Source: an uncultured Lachnospiraceae bacterium
Lineage (GTDB): Bacteria; Bacillota; Clostridia; Oscillospirales; CAG-272
DNA: 61,993 nucleotides
NCBI GenBank assembly: GCA_964653575.1
Contig: CAZZFP010000004.1
Span: 1-61,993 of the forward strand
Direction of reading: 5' to 3'
In this document: one piece after another, positions 53,852 to 61,993 of the stretch
How positions within the stretch are numbered: position 1 is the first letter of the stretch
Layout: each line of letters begins with the position of its first letter
Position numbers and translations under genes: made by a program
Notes under the pieces: generated by a model
Told to the model about the DNA's origin: nothing
What the model saw: only the letters and a program-made list of their open reading frames with translations
Database searches by the model: none

Positions 53852-54289
53852 ATGTATATAGAGCTTGAAAAGCCGTATTCCTTCGATAAAATAACGTCTT
53901 TAACTTTGCTGTTCAGGGTAAATAAAAAATGGGGACTGCTTCACGATGCCGATGGGCAGATAAGGCTTCCGCAGTACGAATGTTCTGATAATGCCGATCC
54001 CGAAAATATGATCCTTGGTATCGTGTTCAGACTTACGGGGGTATTCGCCTTCGAGATCAAGCCCGCGTTTGATTATACGTTGAAGTTGTCGGAGTCGGAA
54101 ATTTCGCAAAGCTTGGATCAAAAGGGAAGAATGTATATCGTTTCTCTCGGTGACGATACAATCTCCGTGAACGCGGATCAAAGGCTTGCGTTTTATTCAA
54201 GCGACGAGATACCCGAGCAGACGTACGATTATGATTCCGTGAAAAATCTTTTGCTTCACGCGGATATATTAGCAAACATTTATTTTTGA
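53852..54289 (+). CDS. Hypothetical protein, probable degenerate Nudix fold
   Basis: 145 aa; LP...-N20-...TG spacing of a Nudix box without the GG/RE..EE residues. Confidence 0.5.
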   Translation: MYIELEKPYSFDKITSLTLLFRVNKKWGLLHDADGQIRLPQYECSDNADPENMILGIVFRLTGVFAFEIKPAFDYTLKLSESEISQSLDQKGRMYIVSLGDDTISVNADQRLAFYSSDEIPEQTYDYDSVKNLLLHADILANIYF

Positions 54290-54311
54290 TAAAAACGGAA
54301 AGAGAAATTAT

Positions 54312-55490
54312 ATGAAACTACAACTTGTCGCAACCTGCCTTTTCGGACTTGAAAAATTTCTCGGAGACGAGATAGATGCGCTCGGACTCAAAAGGCTCGA
54401 GACCATAGACGGAAGAGTGACGTTTGAAGGTACCCTTTACGATATTGCGCGCGCAAATATAAATCTGCGTACCGCCGAGCGTGTGTACATAAAGCTCGGA
54501 TCATTTGACGCAAGAACCTTTGACGAGCTTTATCAGGGAACTAAAGCACTTCCGCTTGAAGATTGGATAGGTCCCGAGGATGCTTTTCCCGTAAAGGGGC
54601 ACTCAATAAAGAGTATGCTTTTTTCCTTGCCCGACTGCCAAAGCATAATCAAAAAGGCGGCTGTGGAACGCCTTAAGAGCTGCTACGGTATAGATTGGTT
54701 TGAAGAGAGCGGAAACAAATATCAGATAGAGTTTTTTATATTCAAGGATGTTGCCACGTTAATGATCGATACATCCGGAGCCCCGTTGCATAAAAGAGGT
54801 TACAGACCCGAAGCGGGGATCGCACCGTTGCGCGAAACATTGGCGGCGGCGATGGCGATAAATGCTCATCTGCGCGAAGATATCTTGCTCTGGGATCCGT
54901 TTTGCGGCTCGGGTACGATAGTTATTGAAGCGGCTCTGCTTATGTCAAACCGCGCTCCGGGGCTTTATCGCAGATTTGCCGGAGAAAAATTTGAGTCTAT
55001 TCCGTATGACAGCTGGGAAAAAGCCCGCGAGGAGGCTCGTGCAAAGATTAAAGAGGATTGCAAATTTGTTGCTTATGCGTCCGATATCGATCCCGAATGT
55101 CTTGCACTTGCACAGTCGAATGCAGACCGTGCGGGTGTTGGCAAGCATATAAAAATGTTCAATATGGATGCAGTAACGATATCAGAACACAAGCCGGAAG
55201 GCGTCAAAGGTTCGATAATATGTAACCCTCCTTACGGTGAACGAATGGGAGAGAGAGCCGCTGTCGAGCGTCTTTATCGCGATATGGGCAGAGAATTCAA
55301 AAAGCTCCACCCTTGGCAAGCCTATATAATAACCTCCTGCGAGTATTTTGAAAAGCTGTACGGTCAGCGTGCGGACAAAGTAAGAAAGCTCTATAACGGA
55401 ATGATCCCATGTAATCTGTATCAGTATTTCAAGCCCGATTTTGCGAAGAAACCGTCACAAAATCTGCGCGAAAACAGAAAGTACAAATAA
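54312..55490 (+). CDS. THUMP-domain RNA methyltransferase (RlmL/YpsC-like)
   Basis: FGLE, DTSG..LHKRGYR, APLRETLAAA, DPFCGSGT, NPPYGER. Confidence 0.9.
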   Translation: MKLQLVATCLFGLEKFLGDEIDALGLKRLETIDGRVTFEGTLYDIARANINLRTAERVYIKLGSFDARTFDELYQGTKALPLEDWIGPEDAFPVKGHSIKSMLFSLPDCQSIIKKAAVERLKSCYGIDWFEESGNKYQIEFFIFKDVATLMIDTSGAPLHKRGYRPEAGIAPLRETLAAAMAINAHLREDILLWDPFCGSGTIVIEAALLMSNRAPGLYRRFAGEKFESIPYDSWEKAREEARAKIKEDCKFVAYASDIDPECLALAQSNADRAGVGKHIKMFNMDAVTISEHKPEGVKGSIICNPPYGERMGERAAVERLYRDMGREFKKLHPWQAYIITSCEYFEKLYGQRADKVRKLYNGMIPCNLYQYFKPDFAKKPSQNLRENRKYK

Positions 55491-55506
55491 TTTATGTGTA
55501 TATTTG

Positions 55507-55538
55507 CGGGCTGTCGTTAATCTTGACAGCCCGTTTTT
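55507..55538 (+). terminator. Palindromic terminator, same family
   Basis: CGGGCTGTCG-TTAATCT-TGACAGCCCG then TTTTT. Confidence 0.8.
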
Positions 55539-55578
55539 GCATACGACGTATATTTTTGCGGATAACCGAAAAAAACAT

Positions 55579-55607
55579 TTGCAAATAATCGGAATGTATG
55601 ATATAAT
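55579..55607 (+). promoter_or_regulatory. sigmaA promoter of the HD-DHH-DHH-surE operon
   Basis: TTGCAA-N17-TATAAT with TG extension, directly after a terminator. Confidence 0.65.
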
Positions 55608-55661
55608 ATACGCGAGAATTTAACGAATGTTTGTTTATTCAATAAATTGAGGAGGTCTTGA

Positions 55662-56861
55662 ATGCTGAAATTTGAACTTTTGTCACAGGAGGTTACGGAT
55701 AAGATCGCCGAGGCAAAAAAAACGGGTATATATGAAAATTTTGCATTTAACGACAATAATGTTATACGCAGATACAACGTTGCCAAGGATAACGCAACGA
55801 TATGGCGTCCGACATTTGTCCACGATATAGATAAGATCATGCACTGTCCGTTTTATAACAGATATACGGACAAAACGCAGGTCTTTTCGCTTTGTAAAAA
55901 CGATGATATAACAAGACGCAGTCTTCATGTGCAGTTGGTATCGCGCATATCGCGTACGATCGGCTCGGCATTGCATCTTAATCTTGATCTTATTGAGGCG
56001 ATCGCGCTCGGACACGATATAGGACATCCGCCGTTTGCACATTCGGGCGAGCGTTATCTGAACGAGTTGAGCTTGAAGTATACGGGCAGGATATTTGCAC
56101 ACAGCCTTCAATCGGTGCGCGTGCTTGATTCGATATTTCCGTACAACGTAAGCCTTCAGACGCTGAGCGGGATTGCAAGTCATAACGGTGAGATAGAGTG
56201 CGAGGAGTATTATCCTGTACCGATCGCGGATTTTGATGAGTTTGACCGCATAATAGAACGCTGTTATAACGATGCCGAGTTCAATATGGCTCTTATGCCA
56301 TCAACGTTGGAAGGATCGGTAGTACGTTTGGCTGATATCATTTCGTACCTCGGCAAGGACAGACAGGACGCTGTTCGTGCCAATATAGCCGACGAGAATA
56401 TGTTCCATAACGGAGATATCGGATCCATAAATGCCGAAATAATCAATAATCTCGTTGTAAACGTTATAGAAAACAGCTACGAGAAGCCGTATATAAAGCT
56501 TGATGAAAATCATTTCAAAGCCTTGCGAACAGCAAAAATGGAAAATTACCAAAAGATATATAACAGTGCCGCCGAGCAAGCAAGCCTTGATCTTACCGTA
56601 AAGCCTATGATGGCGCAAATATACGGTCAGCTTCTCGATGATTTGAAAAACGAGCGCAAGAAATCCCCGATCTTTACCCATCACATAAACTATATCAACT
56701 CTGCGCATTATGAGCGTAGAGTGCCATACGAAAATTCGGATCCCAATCAAATAGTTATAGATTATATTGCAAGTATGACAGACGATTATTTTATCGAGCT
56801 TTATTCGTACCTGTTTCCCAACAGCGATATCAGTGTACGTTACAGGGGCTATTTTGATTGA
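55662..56861 (+). CDS. HD-domain dNTP triphosphohydrolase (dGTPase family)
   Basis: KTQVF, R.LHV..V, GHDIGHPPFAHSGE, H..QS.RV, ADIISY, DYIASMTD.Y; RBS GGAGG. Confidence 0.85.
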   Translation: MLKFELLSQEVTDKIAEAKKTGIYENFAFNDNNVIRRYNVAKDNATIWRPTFVHDIDKIMHCPFYNRYTDKTQVFSLCKNDDITRRSLHVQLVSRISRTIGSALHLNLDLIEAIALGHDIGHPPFAHSGERYLNELSLKYTGRIFAHSLQSVRVLDSIFPYNVSLQTLSGIASHNGEIECEEYYPVPIADFDEFDRIIERCYNDAEFNMALMPSTLEGSVVRLADIISYLGKDRQDAVRANIADENMFHNGDIGSINAEIINNLVVNVIENSYEKPYIKLDENHFKALRTAKMENYQKIYNSAAEQASLDLTVKPMMAQIYGQLLDDLKNERKKSPIFTHHINYINSAHYERRVPYENSDPNQIVIDYIASMTDDYFIELYSYLFPNSDISVRYRGYFD

Positions 56862-56891
56862 TAATACAAAGGCTTAAGAAAGGGAATACCA

Positions 56892-57836
56892 ATGTTTGAA
56901 GAAATAAAATATATCATCGAGGCTTACGACACTGTGATAATTCACAGACATAAAAATCCGGACGGAGACGCGCTCGGCAGTCAGGTCGGGCTCAAACATC
57001 TTATAAAAGAAAATTATCCTCAGAAGCGAATTTTATGCGTCGGAGACGCATCTGCGAGATACGGATTTATGGATGACTCCGATATGGATGATGTTCTCGA
57101 CTCCGATTACAGCGGGGCGCTTGCGATTATCCTTGATACCTCAGCGTCGGCTCTTATCAGCGATGAAAGATATAAGCTTGCGGATAAGACGATCCGCATA
57201 GATCATCACATATTTTGCGAAAAGATCGCCGATATTGAGGTCACCGATACCTCGTACGAGAGCTGTTGCGGACTTATCACCGCTATGGCTATGGAATGCG
57301 GATGGAAGATGACTCCTATCGCGGCAAAATCGCTCTATACGGGTATGGTAACGGACTCGGGACGGTTTCGCTATGATTCAACTACGGCGCAAACGTTTCG
57401 ATTGGCGGCTTTTTTGATGGAGCAAAGGTTCAGCACTGCCGATATATACAGAAACCTTTATTCGGATGATTATAAATTCATTAAGCTGCGAGCACAGTTT
57501 GTTTTAAGAATACAGTTCGTTGAAGGCTCAAATGTCGCGTATATATATACGACCAAGAACGAAGTGTCCGAGTACGGATTTGATTCCTTTACCATTTCAC
57601 GTGGTATGGTAAATGTTATGTCAGAAATAAAAGGCATCGACGTGTGGGTAAATTTTACCGAGACGGACGAAGGTGTTCTGGCAGAGATCAGGTCAAGTAT
57701 GTATAATATCAACGCCATAGCTCAAAAATACGGCGGTGGAGGGCACGCAAAGGCAAGCGGCGCAACACTTGAGAATAAAGAGGCAGCTATGAATATGCTT
57801 GACGACCTTGTAAAACTGACGGAGGAACAGATATGA
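56892..57836 (+). CDS. DHH/DHHA1 phosphoesterase (NrnA-like oligoribonuclease/pAp phosphatase), copy 1
   Basis: H..PDGDALGS, LDT, IDHH, TDSGRF, EIRS, GGGGHAKASG. Confidence 0.92.
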   Translation: MFEEIKYIIEAYDTVIIHRHKNPDGDALGSQVGLKHLIKENYPQKRILCVGDASARYGFMDDSDMDDVLDSDYSGALAIILDTSASALISDERYKLADKTIRIDHHIFCEKIADIEVTDTSYESCCGLITAMAMECGWKMTPIAAKSLYTGMVTDSGRFRYDSTTAQTFRLAAFLMEQRFSTADIYRNLYSDDYKFIKLRAQFVLRIQFVEGSNVAYIYTTKNEVSEYGFDSFTISRGMVNVMSEIKGIDVWVNFTETDEGVLAEIRSSMYNINAIAQKYGGGGHAKASGATLENKEAAMNMLDDLVKLTEEQI

Positions 57837-58813
57837 ATTTGGCAAATATGAAGGCTGTTTTAGATAAGGTCAAAGAATACGACCGCATAATTATTTTCCG
57901 TCATAAGCGCCCCGACGGGGATGCTATCGGCTCGACCAAAGGTCTGCGTGAGATACTCCGCTTGACCTATCCCGAAAAGGAAATATCATTGATAAACTGC
58001 GATTATTCGGATTATATGCTGTTTCTCGGCGACGAAGATGATCCGCGAGATGATGAATACTATGCAGGCGCACTCGGCATAGTTGTGGATACCGCTACCG
58101 AGGATCGCATCTCAAATCCCGGATATAAGCTTTGTAAGGAGATAATAAAGTTTGATCATCATATAAATGTCGCACCGTACGGAGATGTGGAATGGGTTGA
58201 AGAAGAAAGATCATCCGCTTGCGAAATGGTAGCCGAGTTTTATCATACTTTTAAAGACGAATTAAAGATCAATAAAGAAGCGGCAACATATATTTTCACC
58301 GGTATGGTCACGGATTCGGGACGCTTTCGCTTTCGCTCGGTCTCGGGAGATACTATGCGGCTTGCGGGAATGTTGATCGATGTCGGAATAGATATCGATA
58401 AGATCTATGCTCATCTCTATATGCAGGATTTTGAAACCTTCGACTTCAAGAGCTATATATATAAGCACATAAAAAGGACCGAAAACGGCGTGGCATATCT
58501 TTATGTGACACGTGCTATGCGTGAAAAATTCAATATGTCGCATGAAACGGCAAGTGCTACGGTCTCATATATGGATTCCATACGTGATAGCCTTATATGG
58601 ATAGCCTTTATTGAAAATGATGATGGATCCATAAGAGTCAGATTGCGCTCGCGTTTTGTTACGGTTTCCGAACTTGCGGAACGTTATCACGGTGGCGGAC
58701 ACGCCTATGCGGCGGGGGCTACGGCTTACAGTAAGAAAGAGATGAAGGCTCTGCTCGAGGAAGCGGACAAGCTTTTGGAAGAATATAAGAATAACAATGA
58801 GGGGTGGCTATGA
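57833..58813 (+). CDS. DHH/DHHA1 phosphoesterase (NrnA-like), copy 2
   Basis: H..PDGDAIGS, VDT, FDHH, TDSGRF, RLRSR, GGGHAYAAG; ATGA overlap with copy 1. Confidence 0.92.
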   Translation: MNLANMKAVLDKVKEYDRIIIFRHKRPDGDAIGSTKGLREILRLTYPEKEISLINCDYSDYMLFLGDEDDPRDDEYYAGALGIVVDTATEDRISNPGYKLCKEIIKFDHHINVAPYGDVEWVEEERSSACEMVAEFYHTFKDELKINKEAATYIFTGMVTDSGRFRFRSVSGDTMRLAGMLIDVGIDIDKIYAHLYMQDFETFDFKSYIYKHIKRTENGVAYLYVTRAMREKFNMSHETASATVSYMDSIRDSLIWIAFIENDDGSIRVRLRSRFVTVSELAERYHGGGHAYAAGATAYSKKEMKALLEEADKLLEEYKNNNEGWL

Positions 58814-59541
58814 GGATACTTATCACGAACGATGACGGAATATCCGCTCCCGTTTTACCGAGATTTATCGAATGGGCAAAAAAGCTCGGAGAGGTAACGG
58901 TCGTGGTTCCCAAATACGAGCAGAGCGGAAAAAGTCAAGCTATCGACTTTAATCGCGAGGTTGAGATAAAACAGGTACGGATCGTTGACGGTTGCGAGTC
59001 TTACACTATGGATTCGACTCCCGCAGACTGCGTGCGCTTTGCTACAAGAGGACTTCATAGGACATATGATATTGTTTTCTCGGGCATAAATCGCGGGTAT
59101 AATCTCGGACACGATATTGCTTATTCGGGCACGGTCGGTGCCATAATGGAAGCTGAGCGTGCGGGACTCAAGGCTGTCGCTTTTTCGACCGATTACGATT
59201 CTCCTTTTGATAACGCATTGTCCGAACTTGATGGGGTGTATGATTATATCGTCAGCAATGATCTTTTGGCGACAGTCGGACTTTTGAATGTAAATATCCC
59301 GCTTCAGAAGAGCAGGGGAATATCGATCACACGTCAGGGTGGAATGTTTTACAGCGATGAGTTCGTCTCACGCGGAAATGATATGTACATACAAGTGGGT
59401 GATCCTGTTGTAAGCAAGAGTGGCGATCTTACGGTCGATATCAATGCGATACAAAACGGTTATATATCGATATCTCCATTGACATCGATATATACGGATC
59501 TTGAAGCATACGATAAACTTGTGCGTTTGAACAGCATATAA
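58810..59541 (+). CDS. surE: 5'/3'-nucleotidase SurE
   Basis: MRILITNDDG, P..EQSG.S, TPADCV, SGIN.G.N.G.D..YSGTVGA; ATGA overlap with DHH copy 2. Confidence 0.95.
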   Translation: MRILITNDDGISAPVLPRFIEWAKKLGEVTVVVPKYEQSGKSQAIDFNREVEIKQVRIVDGCESYTMDSTPADCVRFATRGLHRTYDIVFSGINRGYNLGHDIAYSGTVGAIMEAERAGLKAVAFSTDYDSPFDNALSELDGVYDYIVSNDLLATVGLLNVNIPLQKSRGISITRQGGMFYSDEFVSRGNDMYIQVGDPVVSKSGDLTVDINAIQNGYISISPLTSIYTDLEAYDKLVRLNSI

Positions 59542-59556
59542 AACAACATACAACAA

Positions 59557-59616
59557 AGATCGAGTAGGAAGCTTTCCGATTGTCTATCGGACGGGATCCT
59601 GCTCGATCTGTTTTTT
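59557..59616. terminator. Long hairpin terminator between convergent surE and RNase genes
   Basis: AGATCGAGTAGGA/TCCTGCTCGATCT with inner TCCGAT/ATCGGA, then GTTTTTT. Confidence 0.7.
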
Positions 59617-59630
59617 GAAATTATGAAGAA

Positions 59631-60833
59631 TTATGCGGCAAGATGTCCTTTCGCAAAACGCCGCTCTATCCAAGCCACGGGAACTACGATAGCGGCAGTT
59701 GCTCTTGATGTAAGGCTTCCCATAAATACAGGTACATAAGGCGTTGGATTGCAATTCGTCTTGTTCGACAAAACACCGCCGCCGGTTATATTGCCGAACA
59801 TTTCACCCCAACCTCCGTAATAGTTCAAATATTCTCTGAAATCGTTGTAGTGATTATATGTGTAAAAAACATATTTTTCGTTAGGATCTATTATCCCGTT
59901 TTTGTTTTTATCATAACGTGTATATACTATACGTGCCGCGCCGCGTGTGATGGTCTGCCCGTTGTTGTAAATCTTTGATATGTAGGCGGGATCGCAATCC
60001 GTGCCTGTTGTTCCGATGTCTATCTCGTAGTAATAGAGCCCACCTCCGCAACCGCTGATATCGGGCAGCTCGGGTTCATAAGGATATTTTTTCGTGTTTC
60101 CGCTGAATGCCGAATGATTCAGCCTCAGATATTCGCCCCATATGCTGTTCTCCGGTTCCATATTCTTAGAATCGGTGTAATTTGCCGGAACATCACCGAA
60201 CGCATAGACATATGCCGCCACTTCTTCGAGTGATATATATGCGCCTCCGCGATAAACGCGCAAGACCTCTTCTCCGTAGCAGTTTACTACTATATATGTG
60301 TTTTCATCTGCAAAATAAGGCTCGTTATTACGCACGAGCATACCGTTTACACGGGGCTGATATTGAGATATGACGGGCGCTTGATCCGAGACCGTTAGAG
60401 AACCCGACATAAGTCCGAGCGTAGAACGCTGCACCGCTTCTTCGTAGCTTGACGCTACGGTGTAGTTTTGGTAAAACGCTTCCTTTTCCGAATCATCATA
60501 TTCAAGACTTTCGGAAACTACTTCGATTATGGCGGTGTCGGAAAGGTCTTTGTATTTTGCCGTGATCGCAGCCGTACCGACTTCAACAGCTTTCACTGTA
60601 CCCGTATCGCTTACTGTTGCTGCATTGCTTGATGAACTCCATTCGACTTTTGAACTCAATTCATCTGAAATGTCAAGCTCAAGTTGAACACTGTTGCCAA
60701 CTTCAAGCGTAAGTCTGCCGCCGTTTGTTATGTTTATTTCTTGGATAGTATCCGACCTGCAACCCGTCAGCAAAGCCAAAAGCGTCGCTATCAGAAAAAT
60801 ATACGGTATTATTCTTTTTACGTTTCGTCTCAT
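59631..60833 (-). CDS. Lipoprotein with Ig-like (Big_2) domain and barnase/RNase Sa-family ribonuclease domain
   Basis: Lipobox LLTGC. Big_2 pattern LTLEVG.SVQL...VEWSSS...ATVS..G.V.AV..GTA.ITA. RNase motifs EEVAAYVYAFG.VPANY, YYEIDI, RGAARIVY, VFYTYNHYNDF. Promoter TTGACT-N17-TACAAT at 60896-60868. Confidence 0.75.
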   Translation of the reverse strand: MRRNVKRIIPYIFLIATLLALLTGCRSDTIQEINITNGGRLTLEVGNSVQLELDISDELSSKVEWSSSSNAATVSDTGTVKAVEVGTAAITAKYKDLSDTAIIEVVSESLEYDDSEKEAFYQNYTVASSYEEAVQRSTLGLMSGSLTVSDQAPVISQYQPRVNGMLVRNNEPYFADENTYIVVNCYGEEVLRVYRGGAYISLEEVAAYVYAFGDVPANYTDSKNMEPENSIWGEYLRLNHSAFSGNTKKYPYEPELPDISGCGGGLYYYEIDIGTTGTDCDPAYISKIYNNGQTITRGAARIVYTRYDKNKNGIIDPNEKYVFYTYNHYNDFREYLNYYGGWGEMFGNITGGGVLSNKTNCNPTPYVPVFMGSLTSRATAAIVVPVAWIERRFAKGHLAA

Positions 60834-60936
60834 TACACGATCTCCATACTTGTTTGTCCTAAGTATTATTGTATCTCATTTGACACTGTAAGTCAAGAGC
60901 ATATTTTGAAATTTGGATTGATGCAGAAGAAAAGGG

Positions 60937-60966
60937 AAGCCTCCCGCGCCGTGGCACGGGAGGCTT
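60937..60966 (-). terminator. Terminator of the repeat-protein gene
   Basis: AAGCCTCCCG...CGGGAGGCTT with a T-rich tail on the minus strand. Confidence 0.7.
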
Positions 60967-61000
60967 GAATTATATGTCGATGTTATAATTTCCCGGGAAA

Positions 61001-61993
61001 TTATTTCTCGAATGTTACTGTTACAAAGTGAGCTACGTAAACGCCTTCCTTTGTCTTGTTGTTGGCACTGAATGTGTTGTATGTTCCCGACGTACCGTAT
61101 ACAAAACTTTCCTCGCCGACGGTAGTAACCACGGTCTTAAGGGTAGCGTCGTATGTGAATACGGAAGCGGGCGCATCTGTGAATGTTACATTGATAAATG
61201 ACTCGTTTTTAACGATGTTCATATACTTCTTTTGACCATTCTTCATACAGTAAAGGTTATAGCCGCCTGTAACTGCTTCGAGGTAGACATCGATCGCTTC
61301 GGTAGCATCGGATGTTGTGGCATAGTAGAAACCGTTCATCTCGCCGGTAATGAAGAGATCCTTTGAGAGACCTTCCTGTGTAAGCATAAACTTATAAGCG
61401 GTCTTCTCAGCGGGAGTATCTACTGTCGTAACGGTAGCTTTGGGAGTTTCTTCTGCAACTATCTCACCAACGTATGTTACGAAGTGAGCGAGGAATAGGT
61501 TTGCGCTGTCATCAGCCTTACCGGAGCTTATTGTCTCATAGGTCTTAGCACTGTTTGTACCGTAAACGTATTTTACATCATTTACTGTCGTAACTATGGT
61601 CTTAAGAGTAGCATCATATGTAAATACGGAAGCGGGAGCATCCGTGAATGTTACGTTGATATATGTACCGTTTGCAACGATATTCATATACTGCTTTTTG
61701 CCATCCTTCATGCAGTAAACATTATAACCGCCTGTAACTGCCTCAAGATAAACGTCAACTGCTTCGGCAACTTTTGTGGTCGTATCGTAGTAGTATCCGT
61801 TCATCGCACCGTTGATATAGAAATTCTTTCCGAGTGTCTCGTGGGTAAGCATAAACTTGTAAGCGGTGTTTTCGGCAGGAGTTTCAACGATGTGGGGACC
61901 TGCCTCAACGAGCTCTACAAAGTGAGCGATGCAAGTTGTCTCGGCGTACTTATCCATATTATTGGCACTGAATGTAGTGTATGTACCGCTCGA
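61001..61993 (-). CDS. C-terminal part of a protein with tandem ~155-aa Tyr/Thr-rich beta repeats (5' end outside the window)
   Basis: Frame is open to the window edge (SSGTYTTFSANNMDK...). Two full repeats AYKFMLT...DVYLEAVTGGYN.YCMK.G.K.YMNIV...INVTFTDAPASVFTYDATLKT...AHFV, plus the tail of a third. Confidence 0.8.
   Translation of the reverse strand, partial: SSGTYTTFSANNMDKYAETTCIAHFVELVEAGPHIVETPAENTAYKFMLTHETLGKNFYINGAMNGYYYDTTTKVAEAVDVYLEAVTGGYNVYCMKDGKKQYMNIVANGTYINVTFTDAPASVFTYDATLKTIVTTVNDVKYVYGTNSAKTYETISSGKADDSANLFLAHFVTYVGEIVAEETPKATVTTVDTPAEKTAYKFMLTQEGLSKDLFITGEMNGFYYATTSDATEAIDVYLEAVTGGYNLYCMKNGQKKYMNIVKNESFINVTFTDAPASVFTYDATLKTVVTTVGEESFVYGTSGTYNTFSANNKTKEGVYVAHFVTVTFEK

Overview
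This 62 kb window is mostly core chromosome of a spore-forming Clostridia-type Firmicute. The taxon is inferred from gene content (GSIII, ylmC, ECF transporter, CIRCE/hrcA, sigA promoters). Spot-checked conserved Arg codons (AGG in recA, CGG in uvrB) read normally. It contains: a GNAT gene cut by the left edge; dat; recA-recX; uvrBA; a polar amino-acid ABC transporter with ARG boxes; hrcA-grpE-dnaK-dnaJ-prmA; ruvAB/ruvC with yfhO; ECF-truA; a Clp ATPase; ylmC; rpsB-tsf; glnA (type III); secG; tRNA-Ser; dac; an orphan parC-like gene; sua5-prfA; coaE-slt; murD; iscS; an rlmL-like gene; and a repeat protein cut by the right edge. I found no CRISPR array, transposase, integrase or prophage gene. 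The best candidate for an undescribed system is at 55.6-60.9 kb: a four-gene phosphohydrolase operon (HD dNTPase, two DHH/DHHA1 enzymes, SurE) converging on a surface lipoprotein with an Ig-like domain and a barnase-family RNase domain, with no adjacent barstar. Other notable signals: a ~200 bp MITE-like element splitting coaE-slt, a triloop-hairpin element at 0.5-0.7 kb, a six-copy palindromic terminator family, a tRNA-Ser with an aberrant anticodon arm, a circularly permuted binding protein, a Nudix-like protein lacking its catalytic box, and triple CIRCE sites. All family calls come from motif recognition by eye, not database searches.
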